DNA from: Podarcis vaucheri | Lineage: Eukaryota | Strand: one strand, 5' to 3' | Length of the DNA: 64,000 nucleotides | Assembly: GCA_965113315.1 (NCBI GenBank) | Contig: OZ220365.1 | In this document: one piece after another, positions 37,848 to 51,293 of the stretch | How the letters are laid out: each line of letters begins with the position of its first letter | Numbering within the stretch: position 1 is the stretch's first letter | Notes under the pieces: model-generated | What the model was told of the DNA's origin: nothing | Databases searched by the model: none | Seen by the model: only the letters and a program-made list of their open reading frames with translations | Program-made: the position numbers and the translations under genes

Positions 37848-38249
37848 CTAGAAGGGGTAGGGTGGGGGAGACAATGTATAACTGAATGTATTTTCCAGGT
37901 CTCATATTAGGTAATTTGAGAGTCCACAAAAAACAAATACCATGCATACAAATGTTTCATTACTAAAAACAGCGTTGATCATCAATGTGACAAGTGCTTT
38001 TAAAAGATGGAAGGAAGAAACACAGAATATGCATCACATGATAATACAAATCTGGAAAGAAGACACTCCTTTTCTTGATTTAAGGGATGCCCAAATAAAA
38101 TCTCCATGACAACAAAAGTTGCTGAAATCCTACATATAAATAATGGCAAGAAGAGATTTCCAAACATCTAAAGACAAAATGAATTTTTCTTAGCTGAACT
38201 ACAGCAGAGCAAGCATTTTCTGTCCCAGTACAAGACTAAAAGGACCAAC

Positions 38250-38448
38250 CTCTTTGGCAAAGTGGATCTAAAAATTCTTGCAGCCCATTTGGGATGTTTC
38301 TGACAACATCACATGAGTAACCATCTTCTGGCAGAAGAAAGGGTAGCTGTAGATCAGGGTCCTCTTCTAACTGTACTTCTCTACCATCACTTCGAGCCAG
38401 CTCATCTGCGGTGTTTTCTGCCACTGCTACAACATTTTCTATTAACTC
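38250..38448 (-). CDS. AFDN: Afadin exon (ELIENVVAVAENTADELARSDGREVQLEEDPDLQLPFLLPEDGYSCDVVRNIPNGLQEFLDPLCQR)
   Basis: near-identity to afadin; 199 nt. Confidence 0.97.
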
Positions 38449-39390
38449 CTAGTTTGGCGGGGGAGAGAGAGAGTAAACAATGCTGTACATGAGAATCCAA
38501 TAATATAAAGTTATCATTTTATACTTTAGCCACCCCAAATTAGCAAATGTGAAAGATGTATGTGATATGTTTAGGTTGATGATGTCTGAAGCAGATACAA
38601 GAGGCAAAAGCTTTCGTTCAACTGTAGCTGTGAGCTTTAACTTTAGTTTCATCCCACCCCACCCGCTGGTGCCCTTTAAATGAAATTCTTCAAACTATTA
38701 GAAATATATTAAACATTTGTGATCAACGAGTAATACAAAGGGGATTATTATACTGATACCAAAACAAGAATTGCAGGCATTTATTTTTGCAACAGGAAGA
38801 AATTGATTTATACTGGATGTTATATATTTGATTAAATCTGTATTTTGAAGAGCAGGAAAAATAATGAAGGGAGATGTTAGGTTTTTAACCTACAGTTTGA
38901 CTATTTAGAACTAATAGGTTTTTTTCCTCTCGCCACCCTCCCACCTACAATTCAAGGACTTGTAGCAAGCTACTCCATCGATGTAGTCCTAAGAAAAATA
39001 AGAAAGTTTCATAAATAGAATGCTGCAATGTGTCCCAAAATTGGAAACACAAATAAGTCCAAGAGAACTGAAAATGCATTATTAAGCTATCTGTTGATAC
39101 TCTAAACAATGAAGCAGATTTGCGTGCACCCAATTGATATGTGATTGCGCATGCGAGCATTGCGGCAGAGCACTGTCATACAGAATGACCTGGAACACAA
39201 CCCCCATGAAAAACGGGGGGTGCCTGTATTTTCTTCCTTCTCTATGTGATACAGAATAGGCTACTCAAGCTAAGAATTACTATCACCATTTAAAAAATGG
39301 GGTTCAGATGTCTCAAACTTTTTATTATTACATAAAGTTAGCATTATTGTTTTCATACGCTACCCCATAACATTCTCTATATAAAAATTG

Positions 39391-39522
39391 NNNNNNNNNN
39401 NNNNNNNNNNNNNNNNNNNNNNNNNNNNNNNNNNNNNNNNNNNNNNNNNNNNNNNNNNNNNNNNNNNNNNNNNNNNNNNNNNNNNNNNNNNNNNNNNNNN
39501 NNNNNNNNNNNNNNNNNNNNNN
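39391..39522. other. Assembly gap (132 N)
   Basis: run of N. Confidence 1.
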
Positions 39523-39666
39523 TGTTGGAATAAATGGCTCATCTGGGGCACAATGATAATTTTGTAGCAATGCATGCAGTTGTAGAGAATTGAGTTTAAA
39601 GCAGGTACTGTTGATATTGGGAATGTCTTCACGTGAATACTTATCCATAGTAAGTAAAGTAGTTGC
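39523..39666 (-). CDS. AFDN: Afadin DIL exon (ATTLLTMDKYSREDIPNINSTCFKLNSLQLHALLQNYHCAPDEPFIPT)
   Basis: homology; donor hidden in the gap. Confidence 0.95.
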
Positions 39667-40071
39667 CTGAAAAAGAAGCACAATTAGTAGAATCACCTTT
39701 ATTTTATTAAGAAACATGACAGTGGACCCTACACACCAAATTGGGGAGTGGAACCCTGCTCTTGAATGAGTACACATTTTGTGTTTGAAACTCTTAGAAC
39801 AGGTTAAACTAGAAAATACCTTTTTTAAAAAATAAGGCAGTTGGTACAAAACAGCTCTCCTCAGTACGGCAAGAAAACAGACCTCTCTGAGGAAAACCAC
39901 ACTGAAGCAATTAAGCAACTGAACACCCCAAACCCTACTTTGCAGACACTGGTTTCATATGACTTCATACAGGTGGCTAAGTCTGAATTTCCATTGTTAA
40001 ATTAGTAGAGGAAGATCTTCCAAGATCATGCAAGCAAGCACTTATTTTTCCTATTACTACCAAATACCTAC

Positions 40072-40337
40072 TTGTACTATCCTACTGAGATGACAATCAG
40101 CAGCCAGCTCCAAGCCCTGCTTTTCTGCCCAAGCTTCAATGTGCCCCAGCTGCTGCCGGATGATGGCTCCCCAGTAATGTGAACACAATCCTGAATCTGG
40201 ATCAGTAACCAATCGGTTAAAAAGCCACATGTTGATAAAGTGGAACAGCTGGGAAAAGAGCTGTATGGTCAGTGCGGCGTTCACTCTACATCGCCGCAGC
40301 AGGGACATGGCTCCAGTCAGCGTATGCAAGACGTCAT
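40072..40337 (-). CDS. AFDN: Afadin DIL exon (DDVLHTLTGAMSLLRRCRVNAALTIQLFSQLFHF...CHLSRIVQ)
   Basis: matches afadin; 266 nt. Confidence 0.98.
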
Positions 40338-40822
40338 CTAGAAGAAAAAATACAATAGTTTACTCAGCTATGCATTCCATGTTGAGCTACTCTGTTAAGT
40401 TACTCAGTGTTAAATATTACATTATGACTGGAAGACATTAATAACAATGATGTATTTATCTGCATAATAAAGTAATACTCGTACTCCATATTTTTTTAAT
40501 TTTAAAATTTCCCAATGCATAGAGTAAAAAGCAGCAACTGTCATAGGAAAACCAAAGAAAAAGGAGAAACAAAGGTAATGTCAATCTTCATCAATAAATT
40601 AAGAGAATGTGAGGATGGACAAACTTGTTTTTAGGTTCAGGAAGGGGTATAATAATTTGTGTATTATATAATGTCAGCTATTTCACAGATTCCTTCCAGA
40701 CAAGCCAGTCCTTAAGCATAGGAGCAGCAGCATTCTTCCTATTTGCAGTATGACTGCACATAGAAAATTTACAATAAATTCAAGGTTACCTGTCTGCACC
40801 TTTCTTTTCTAGAATTTTTATA

Positions 40823-41025
40823 CAGTGGAACCTTGATTGTCAAACACCTTGGCTCCTGAACACCACAAACCCAGAAGTGAGTGTTCCAGTTTGTGAACAT
40901 TTTCCAGAAGCTGAACATCCGACGCAACTTCTGATTGAATGCAGGAAGCTCCTGAAGCCAATCGGAAGCCGCGCCTTGGTTTTCGAACGAACTCCCGGAA
41001 CGGATTAAGTTTGACAACCAAGGTA
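40823..41025. mobile_element. Tc1/mariner MITE (right TIR truncated); related inverted copy at ~57340-57487
   Basis: TA-CAGTGGAACCTTGATTGTCAAAC ... GTTTGACAACCAAGGT. Confidence 0.8.
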
Positions 41026-41442
41026 AATGGTTAATGGGTCCAATAGATATGCATAATTGGTAATGTCTTTAGCACAAATATTATATTTATATTGTTGGGC
41101 ACTGCCACAGAACATGGCTTGAAGTCCTCAAAGAAACTGCCTAGGGCAGTTACTGGAGTTATCCAAGTGGGAAGGGTCATGCATTATTACACACAAATAA
41201 TGTATTATTACACACAAATACACGCACGGATACATTCTAACATACAATATCGGGAAAGGTGGATTAGATGTCAATGGCTGCCATGCAGCTTGCTGATGAG
41301 GAACTCCTCACAAAGTATAGTATGTCTTATTGTACGTGCAAAAACACATTGCAGTTCCCTGCAAAATATAAGGTTTCCCACCGTGCTCCTCTCATGACAG
41401 TAGGCCTTATGCTTAGTACATTATATCATAAAGTGATCTAAC

Positions 41443-41537
41443 CTATTTTAGGCCTTTGAGGATTATTTTCTTCTGGATCATCAAGAAATGCAGGCATGTA
41501 GTTGTTAAGCTCTGACTGAAGACAATGAACCAAATAT
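41443..41537 (-). CDS. AFDN: Afadin exon (YLVHCLQSELNNYMPAFLDDPEENNPQRPKI)
   Basis: homology; phase 2/1, 95 nt; not in the ORF track. Confidence 0.96.
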
Positions 41538-42667
41538 CTGAAAAAAATAAAATTTTGTATAAATATTAAGGCTTCCACCCATTTAAAGAATATTTAGATT
41601 CATGAACATAGAAATTAGGCTGATGAAAACCTGCAGCCATGTAAAAAATGAATTTACCTAAGTGTCAACAATTCAACTCTCAGCACAATGCTGCACATAT
41701 CTCAGTGTCCCACTGAATTTACCAGGCCTTACTCCTCAGTGTGCTTAGGACTGCATCCTCACTATCTATTATTCACCAAGTTTCCTGAGCAATTTCCCAA
41801 GAAACAGATGCATTAAGAAATATTGCTGCACTAATACTGAATTAAAAATACCAAACTGTGCCAAGTCAATTTCTGTTATATTTTGAAATTGACTATGATT
41901 TTTATGGGATTGTACCCAGGGGGTGTAAGGAGAAGAACTGAGATAAACAACAGTCTTATGGCACTTTATTGTTTTGTTGCAACTGACACTGGAAATAGTT
42001 ACAATGAGACTTGAGCTAGTGATGACTAACTTGTCCCACATATTTCAGTGGAACTACAATGTGACTTCCTCCGGGTTCAACCCAAAACTGTTAAGGAAAA
42101 AAGGGGGGGAGGTGTTGTGTGCGTGTTTTGATGGGGGATGTCATATTTTTCCCCCATTCCAGTGGAATTCTAACATATAATCTACTAGCTCTATTACACA
42201 ACGCAGATTGCTTGAAACTGGAAAAATAACACCAAAAAGGGTTTATTTTTTACTTCTAATTACACAGGTCACTTGTACATTTCACTCTTAATATAAATTA
42301 ATTCTAATAAAGAATCTTCAGAAATTTTATTGTGCCCAAGTAAAAGGATGAACTCCTCCTCACTTAGAGCACAATGCAGCAGTAGATAGAGCAACTAACA
42401 GATATAATAAACAAATGAATTAACCAATTTTTAATTTTTTAAAAAATGAAAACACTGGTGATAGACAATTAATTATACTCTGAGTAGACCCACTGAAATA
42501 AGTGCAATAAAGTTTATTGATTTCAGTGAGCTTACTCTGGGCATGACTAACATTGGATAACATTCAATATCTGCTTTTAAAGGCATTTGGAAATAATAAT
42601 GTATAACTTTTCCTGAAAAAGGAAAAATTTGATGAATGTACTATATACAGAAATCTGATTATCTTAC

Positions 42668-42813
42668 TTGAATGCCATTTGAACTAGGTGTGCCAAAACA
42701 TCTTGCGCATCTAAGGTGATTCGGCTAAGCTCTCGATCCTGCTTAATGAAGTTTAGCAGCTCAGATGCATTTGCCATCCAGAAAGCAAGTGACCCTGCAA
42801 TATTCTTCTGTTT
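42668..42813 (-). CDS. AFDN: Afadin DIL exon (KQKNIAGSLAFWMANASELLNFIKQDRELSRITLDAQDVLAHLVQMAFK)
   Basis: homology; 146 nt. Confidence 0.97.
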
Positions 42814-43560
42814 CTGAAAATATTTTTCGAAAAGTCGTGTAAACATCAAAAGGAAGTCTTCCTCTGGCAAGTCAGCTTGCATTCATTATCAAAAGGCTCT
42901 GTTTAGATAGACCAGTACCCCCTCCATATTACCAAATATAACTCAGTTACCAGATATTTGCAAAGAATTTCTATGAAACTGTAAGTAATATATGCTGGAC
43001 ATCTTGCAATTGCTTCAAATTACAAGTGATATTTTAATGATAAATTATTAAATATTCCAAATGCCATTTGTGAAATGGAGTTAGCATGTTGTCATGAAAT
43101 GCGGAAAGCTTAGATGTATGCATTATCTGGTAATCTGTATGTGCGCAAGCACATGTTGACTAATGCCCATTGTCACCCAGATACTGCTAGCCACTGGCTT
43201 TGACACCAAGCAACTCAGTATCGAGTACTGATCTATCTCACCATTTCCCGACCACAAATGCTAGGCCAGGCAACCTCAGATGAGATCCAAAGAACAGAAC
43301 CACAGACAAAACAAAAAAAAGGGAAGAAAAAGAACTTTTGTCATTATGTCTCCATACTGAAGTGCGTTAAGCAGAAATTATGGAATGCTGATAGGCTGCG
43401 CAGTCAAAAAAGGATTTTAGTACTGCATGTTCCAGCTGCTGAATGAGGGTTATGAACTGTTCAATCCAGCTGTAGAAATATTGTATTTTTACATGGAAGC
43501 AGCATGAGAAACTGAGCTAAGCCAACACAGCTAGGATCAGTTCCCAGCAATATATCCTAC

Positions 43561-43581
43561 CTGATCAACCTGGTCTACCTC
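43561..43581 (-). CDS. AFDN: Afadin 21-nt cassette micro-exon (EVDQVDQ)
   Basis: long pyrimidine tract ...tttttctccag, CAG|gtagga donor, phase 0/0; peptide recalled from mammalian isoforms. Confidence 0.9.
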
Positions 43582-44302
43582 CTGGAGAAAAACGAAGGAA
43601 ATCAAACAGAAGAAAGAAACTTGTGAACATTCATGGTAGTTTTCGAAATCAAACACTAAATATGAAGGCACAAGACTTATGCTCAGTCACATTAAAACAT
43701 TTCACCACCAGATGTGATACAACTGAGAAAACTTTGCGCAATCCTGCAAAGAGTAACATGGAGATCTGTTCCACAGAAGACAACAGAGCTTTTCCTTTCC
43801 ATGAGAAGTCAGCTTTACACCAGACAGCCAGACATGTAGCAGTGTAGCCAGGTCAGTTCAGTTTTCATATATTAAACAGAACTAGTAGAAATGCCAGTTT
43901 AAGAGCATTCTTCTATGGTTGTGAGTGTTTTATTTCCAGTAATTTCGCCACTAGAATTTGTGCAGTGACAATTAATCCATCTGATACCTACACTCTTTTT
44001 ACAAAATTTGTTAAATAATCTTACAGTGCTTCTTAATGGACTCTCATGGAGTGTTGTATCATGAATTTCCTTTCTAAGTTTGGACATATGTATACCCCTC
44101 AATATGTGTTTGATTATATCACCCACAAAAACCTATAAAATTGGCTGTCTTTTCTGGATTTTCACTGAGATAGATACTGCTTGTATAATAGCTTATTTTA
44201 AAAATGCTTTGAATCTAATTACTTGAATTACTATCTAGGAGGGTCTCTGCAAACAGAACTCCAGTGATTAATTGAAATTCTGAAGTTCTTCCTTCTATTT
44301 TA

Positions 44303-44497
44303 CAGTGGACCCTCCGAATATGAACTTAATTCGTTCCGGGGGTCTGTTCGCTAGAGGCATGTTTTTGTGCATGCGCACGGCGCAATTAAGCGCTTCTGCG
44401 CATGCAGCAAAACACACAAGTATACACTTCTGGGTTTGCTGTAACTGTAACCCAAAGATTCCGTATCCAGAGGGATACGTAAGTAGAGATATGACTG
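44303..44497. mobile_element. Tc1/mariner MITE
   Basis: TA-CAGTGGAC... / ...ATGACTG-TA; shares aacttaattcgttccgg with 26498. Confidence 0.8.
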
Positions 44498-46699
44498 TAC
44501 TTCATATTTAAGAATGGATTTACATTTGACTTTCTTGCCTAATACCCTGGAAATATGATTGAAGGGAAACATAAACATAATTATAATAAAAGTTTAGCTC
44601 AAGCTCCATGGAAATTATAGCATTTGCATGCAAAGATCAGGTTGAAAACTATACAGTGAAATCCTATGCATGTTTACTCACAAATAATTACTACTGTATT
44701 CACTGGAGCTTACTCCCATGTAGGAATATAGAATTACAGCCTAAATTTAACAGAGGCCAAAGGGAATATGATAGGTGTATATTTCTGTACTTAAAAATAA
44801 TTACATTTTGTATTACATTTCTGTTCAATAAAGGGCTGATCAGATTTTTTGCAATCAAAGCCAAACTGATAACATTCAATCTATCATAAATTATACCACA
44901 ATCTACTGTGAGATTTGCAGATATGCACTCAAAATTGCTAAATGATGGTAGGGACTGCCATTCCAAGAAACCTAGATGCTACAATCTTGTAAAGGAAGGT
45001 GTGGAATTGTCTGCCTCAAAATGCATGGTGTGGCACAATACACTTTCTGGAAGAGTTATAGCCTAGTCCCAGGAGGCAGCAGTAGCATGTTGCTTGGAAG
45101 AGGGAATCCTACCTCCCAGCAGCACTGCGCTCACAACAGGGATAGACTGAGGGATTCCAGGTTGACATCAGTGTCTTGTAGGTACACGCACCTGCGAGAT
45201 GCTGATGACACCAACCCAGAGCTCCCCTGACCTCACCACTGCCCTGCCGCATACCAGTGCACAAGACCACCACCACCAGGAAGGTGCTGCTACCGCCCCA
45301 TACAACCCTCAATCACTGCTGCTGTCAGGAAGGTTCTACTGGCTTCAATGGGATAGATCTCCATATTATTCAGAGAGTGTAGGACAGGCAGAACTGCGTG
45401 CCAAATCTATAGCACTACTAACGTAACAGGGAGACAGGTGAAGACAGAAATAGGACCATTTAAAGGAAAATACAAGTGGAGCCATAATAAAATGAATTGC
45501 TTTCACAGACAAGTATGTTTTAATTGAAAAATTAAATCTTGGACACAAAAAACTAAAAAAAACCAAAACCCTGAGTGATGCTGCTGCTCACTTTGGCACC
45601 ACGTGTACCAAAAATAAAAACTGAGTGACGAGCAAGCTATTTGCAGCTGAACGCCTGAATTTCTTTTAAATATAATTACTTCCAATCATTCAAAAAACAT
45701 CTGTTTTTAATATGAATGCATAAATGAGCATATATAGAAGACAGTGGGTTGGATCCAGTTCCTCCTCCACGTTCAGAACTCTTTCTGTTCCTGAAAATAA
45801 TTGTGAATCAGAGGAGCCTCCCCTACAATCCACATGCCACTTCCCACACTGAGGTTTTCTTAACTCTTCACAGTAGTTTACAAGGCATACACAAGGCTGC
45901 AAGGGGAAGGAGGATTCCATAAAAAGGGTCTTCCTCCAACAGAGCTCCATCCATGAGAATTCTGGATTCAACACATAAAAAAGAGGTGTAGCCAATGTGG
46001 GGCCTTCCAGATGTTGCTGGACTCCAACTCTAGCCGGTATGTATGGTGGTCAGGGATGACTGGAGTTGTAGTCCACCACTACCTGAAAGCATCATGTTGA
46101 CTACCCCTCCTGTAGACAACAGCATGGAACCAAATTTTGAGCTCAAGACCCATGCTGGCAAAGAGTGTTACCCAATCTGAGTCCTACTCAGATTAAACCT
46201 ATTGAAATTAATGGACTTAGGCAACAAATGAAACCTAAAGGTTGGTGTACGACACCAGTCCTACTCAAGAGTAGACCAATGGAAGTTAATGGAAAAGACT
46301 TTATTAATTTACTCTGAGTAGAACCTAGCTAAATGCCAATTAAAATGCTTAAATTCAGGTGCTTTCTAGTTTTCTAAAACCATGATTATCTGAATCTCTT
46401 GTTCAATATCTGACATAAAGATCTATACGCAAGTAAGAGAATCCCGTTACTGATCTTATTTTTGTTTTAGAGGACCTTGATTAGTTTTTTGTTTGTTTGT
46501 TTGTTTTACACTGCAATTGAAATAATTTTGTGTGGTATTTATAAACTGCCCTGTGATATCCATTATCATATTGGCTATGTGATTGCAGCCACAGCTATAA
46601 AGTTAAACAGGCCTGCTAAAAGCGAAGTATTTTTTGTAATAAAAAAAAGTTAAGCTATGAAAATGTATTCACAGAAATTCTCTTAAAACTGCAGCTCAC

Positions 46700-46905
46700 C
46701 TGTATAACTCCTTCCATCATGCTCACCATCTTGTTGACTATTGCAATGACTTTGTGAGTACGTTCAGCAGGACTGATGTCAGGTCTGTACTGGCTTGACA
46801 ATACATACCGACATGCCATATACAAAACGTATGTAGGAGACAGCTTAAAATGAACTGTTGAGCTATTGGTGTAATTTATAATGGCAGACAAAAAGGAATC
46901 TTCAG
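46700..46905 (-). CDS. AFDN: Afadin exon (SEDSFLSAIINYTNSSTVHFKLSPTYVLYMACRY...MMEGVIQ)
   Basis: homology; 206 nt. Confidence 0.97.
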
Positions 46906-46944
46906 CTGCAAAAACAAGATAAGCCAAGATCAGATGAATTCATA

Positions 46945-47560
46945 ACTTGTTCTATTTATAAGCAAGGTTTATTCCATGCCCTTCACCACCAAGTCCCAGG
47001 ATGGGTCACAGAATATACAATTATATAAACAGCTTAAATCATTTCAATTAAAAAACACATAAAACTGTTCCAAGTGGAACAGAACAATATAGATTCAGCA
47101 AAAGAGGTTGGTCCCTCAGTACAAAGTACCTTAACTGTCAAAGGCCAAGGTAAAGATGTGCATCTTCAACATACAGCAAAAGGCGTACAAGGAAGATGCT
47201 GGACACATTTCTGTGGGAAGGAAGGCCCACAGTTCAGGGGCTGCTACAGAGAAAGCCCTCTCCTGGGACATCATACCCTCCATTTCTAAGGGTAGCAAGA
47301 AGTTCTGAGAGCTCTCTCTGCATATCCAAAGACCTCTGAAGATGGTTTTGCAGATACTTGGGGCCTAAGTTGTTTATTGCTTTAAACTGCAATGTGAACA
47401 CCTTGAACTGGGTTTGGAAACAAACTGGCAACTAGTGCAGCTATTTCAAAACAGGGGTTATATGAACCCCAACCAGTAATCTGGCTGCTATATTTTGGAC
47501 CAGTTGAATATCTTAAATTGTCTTGCAGGACAGTCCATATAGAACACACTGGCCTACTGC
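46945..47560 (-). mobile_element. L2-type LINE remnant
   Basis: ORF fragment PVCFQTQFKVFTLQFKAINNLGPKYLQNHL, typical of the L2 ORF2 C-terminus. Confidence 0.7.
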
Positions 47561-48261
47561 AAAGTGTAGAGTGGCCAGATGTTGCTGTAATTTGCAGAGC
47601 AGGCCACTGAAGAAAACGGACCACTACAGTATACTTATTTGCATGAGGCTAACTTTTTAATAGGTTGAGCTCTTTATGCCAAAGAAAGTGTGACTTATCT
47701 GAACTTAGAAAAATACCTGGGAGTGATTCTTGTGACCTTTGGGGGAGGGTGTAGAAATATTTTGAAGGTGCACAAAGGAACCTTCCGACAAATGGCTCTG
47801 CAAATACGCAACATTAGGATTTTTTCTCTCTTAATTTTTTTAAATTATTATTTTCAACAAAATTTATATACCGGTTGATTTTAGTAAAACCTAAGTAGTT
47901 TACAAGTTCACTTAGTAAAACCTAAGTAGTTAAACTTCCAAAGTAGTTTGAAATTCTTGATAAAACCGGTGCCTTTATTTAGTGCAAGAGCTGCTTCTAT
48001 TTCTGCCTTCATCTCTTACTTCTACTTTGTGGTCCCATGGGAAAGGCATAGGATTGATAGCTATAACCTTTAACAACTATTACACTTTGTAGCATTTCAC
48101 TGGCTTTTGTAAGGAGTATGACTGGGACTGAGGGGAAAATGTGACCACTGTAACTTTTCAAATTGCTTGCGTATTTGAAGTTATCTATAAGAATGAAATA
48201 AAAACTGTTAATAAAAAATTGTCACACCTAACCAGATTTTGTTTGAAATGTTAATACTTAC

Positions 48262-48323
48262 AGCTTTCCCTGAATTCAATGCTTGCAGGTAATATCAATT
48301 CAGGTCCATGTGCGTCTTGAGGT
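48262..48323 (-). CDS. AFDN: Afadin exon (PQDAHGPELILPASIEFRES)
   Basis: homology; phase 2/1, 62 nt. Confidence 0.95.
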
Positions 48324-49016
48324 CTACAGACAGAAAGCAGATCTTTAAAAGTCCAGTTTAAAGAGTGAAAATTAATTCCACTATCAAAAGATACAGACTT
48401 TTCCAAAGGCTTCGCTTCTGGGACTTTATACACCATTTTTGTTCACATGAACTGAAAAATACAGTACTGGGGGGGGAGAGATATTGATTCTCCCCTCTTG
48501 TTAGATTCACTCTCAAGTTCTACTTGATCATTAACAAGATAGATCATGAACTGAAGGTCTGCATTATAGATGAATATGAAATTTTAATGAATTTGCAGTG
48601 CACAAGGCAGCCTGTCAGCTGCTGTAAACAGCTCATGTTACACACACAGACCCCTGCATGAGGCTACATAAAAGAAGAACGAGAAGTTAGCTTACTAGCG
48701 CCACACTAAATCCACAGGTGCTACTACAATGTAATAGATACAACCATTTTGAAAACTATGTTTTTATGAGACCTGGAAGGCTGGGTCATATGCAAGTAGG
48801 TCACTTAATGAATGACTAATAGCTTAATATGTGACATAAAGTGACAGGGAAAATTAACTGTGGTTTTATACTTTAAACAGCCCGTTATCACTTTCAAATG
48901 TGTAAACCAGAGAGTCTCTGGTTACAAGATGAAGTATGTGTCTGTTACAGAAGTGACATACACTATGGGCCTACTGACTGGAAGGCAAGCCATTTTTAAA
49001 AAAATCAATCCAACAG

Positions 49017-49286
49017 CTCCACATGAACAGAAGTTATTAATATTGCAGTTGTTGTATAAGGGATTATTATGATGACTGGAATGTAATGGAGATTAATAAG
49101 ATTTTGGAACACAGAAATAAAGCAAATAATCAAGCCATCAATCCTAGCATGCGGGAGGCCACATCATCTAAATTTTATAATTCGGTATTCAAATGATTGG
49201 TATTATTAATTGTGTTATAAACTGGTATTGTTATAATGAGGCTATTATTGAATTGTAATTGAAAACTAATAAAAATTACTATTTTT
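49017..49286 (+). mobile_element. 5'-truncated retroelement 3' end (L1/Tx1-like) with TSD
   Basis: AATAAA-containing AT-rich tail flanked by the direct repeat aaaaaatcaatccaacag (~48999-49016 and 49287-49304). Confidence 0.7.
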
Positions 49287-50267
49287 AAAAAATCAATCCA
49301 ACAGTACTACCCTGCAACTTGAAACCTTATGTGGTCACACTTTTCCATTACCAGTAAAGGTTTCCCCATTTTCTCCAGTAACACAAGGCTACTGCCAGCC
49401 ATTTCAAAATATGTACTGAGTTTAAATCGGAAATAAGCATATATTTCTCTTGACATTGCATAAGAAACTGACAACCTGAAAATGCCCATTTGAAAATAGA
49501 TGCAGCAAGACGTTTATCATCATGGTCTCTGCTCACTAACCTCTTTCAACTCAGTTAAATTTGTACTTGGGAACATTTAATTAGATCTGCCTTCATTCCC
49601 TCTTTTGACCATAATTTAATATGGCAATGGCTTCCCCAGCTATTCTGCTGCCAGTTACACTTAAATATATGTCTGAGTTGCACAACTCCTCCCCCCCTCC
49701 ACTTTTAAAGCAATATAATGACTGCCTAACTCAGACAGATTTCACATTAAATTTGAACACAATCTGACTCATGACTATTGGCAGGACTATGAAATTGTGA
49801 TTCTTGTTTTGCTATCTCTTTTACATGAGAAATTCCTGAAGTGGTTTGAAACCTAATACAGTACAGTATTCAAAACATGTAATGCTAATGCAAATGTAGT
49901 TCTGAAAGTAAAAAGGCTTTCCCCAATCCAAATAATGCAAAAGGCCCACTTGTTTCCGAAAAGTTGCATTGTCCTATTCCCACACCTGCGTCTAAAGATT
50001 TGCCAGACAGCCTGATATTTATACATATTTTAATGCTCTTTTGCTAAAAATGAAATGAACCATGTCTTGCTTTATACAAAAAAACCAACACCCATGGAAT
50101 CCTTTGAAATCAAGTATTTTGCCATTAAAAAAACAATCACACAATTCTACATCTTACATATACATCCTACCATATTCTGTCCTGCTTTTGTGGTAAAATG
50201 AAGTTGATTATCAAAATATACAGTCTGCCCATATCAATCTTATAAATTGAAAAACGTTATTTGGTAC

Positions 50268-50380
50268 CTGCCATCCTGCCTGTGGTAATCCTGCTGTTCT
50301 ATTCTGATCATGGGCTTGACCATGCCACGTTCAGCTGTGCTGGATGCCGACATTCTGTCACTGTCCAATCTGTTGGTACT
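50268..50380 (-). CDS. AFDN: Afadin exon (STNRLDSDRMSASSTAERGMVKPMIRIEQQDYHRQDGR)
   Basis: homology; phase 0/2. Confidence 0.93.
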
Positions 50381-50950
50381 CTGTTCCACACAAGATCAGA
50401 AGCATTCATCACAAAACATATCAGAGATTTGCCTTGCCCACCCTTTCTCTGTTAATGATGGACACAATTAGGGTGTACTCTCTATTCATGTGAGAAGTGA
50501 GTTCCCACAGTGCACTCCAGGAGAGTGATCCACTACTACTTTGAAAGGTACAGAAATTCAATAAAGAGGTTCCTTGATAAAACTATCGGAAAAGGTTGTT
50601 TAAAAAATGCTTTGTTTTACAAGACCTAAGCGAAGTTCATATAGAATGAGAAACCATACTTTAAATTAAGCAAAACTTCCTATGATGGCTAAACCTAGGG
50701 AAATGTGGTTTGGTAAGTTATGATTAATGAATTTATGAAATCTTGTTCTGATCCTGCCTAGTTCTGGACTCTCCATAGTTTAAACTGACCACAGTTCCAA
50801 GTTTGGATGTCACAGGGAAGTGTCATAATATCCCAACAGAAGCTTTCAATCTCCTTCTCTTGTATATATATACATCCAAAGAGGAAAGAAAAAGGAGGAA
50901 ATATGAACGGCTGAGGCTTGTTCATAAAAAAATAAAACAATGATAACACA

Positions 50951-51082
50951 AGGAGGAGGGGACAACAGAGGACGAGATGGTTGGACAGTGTTCTCGAAGC
51001 TACCAGCATGAGTTTGACCAAACTGCGGGAGGCAGTGGCAGACAGAAGTGCCTGGCGTGCTCTGGTCCATGGGGTCATGAAG
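50951..51082 (+). mobile_element. RTE/BovB LINE 3' fragment
   Basis: ggggacaacagaggacgagatggttggac...gcctggcgtgctctggtccatggggtc is the characteristic BovB 3' end. Confidence 0.85.
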
Positions 51083-51085
51083 CCC

Positions 51086-51237
51086 TAAATACGTTTTAGT
51101 AATATATACTAAAAATCTGGCCATGAAGTCAGTCAGTAAGCTTTCTTTCAAAGAGTAGAGGCTTACTACTCTTTAAAGAAAGCTTACTGATTGACTTCAT
51201 GGCCAGATTTTCAGTATATATTACTAAAACGTATTTA
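51086..51237. repeat. Near-perfect inverted repeat (73/72-bp arms, 7-nt loop)
   Basis: arms differ by 2 substitutions and 1 indel. Confidence 0.95.
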
Positions 51238-51293
51238 AATTATCAGTTGTAAAATGACTTAGCACATTTCTAGGTCTGGTGACAATTTGTTAC

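Noticed and set aside
39350-39385. atagagaatgtt..gtagc..gaaaaca resembling the start of the 38448 exon (IENVV..AEN)
   Set aside because: Short, gapped similarity in AT-rich DNA next to an assembly gap; cannot be distinguished from chance
47881-47931. 20-bp direct repeat ttagtaaaacctaagtagtt; similar small duplications near 32762 and 41184
   Set aside because: Ordinary slippage or repair duplications in introns
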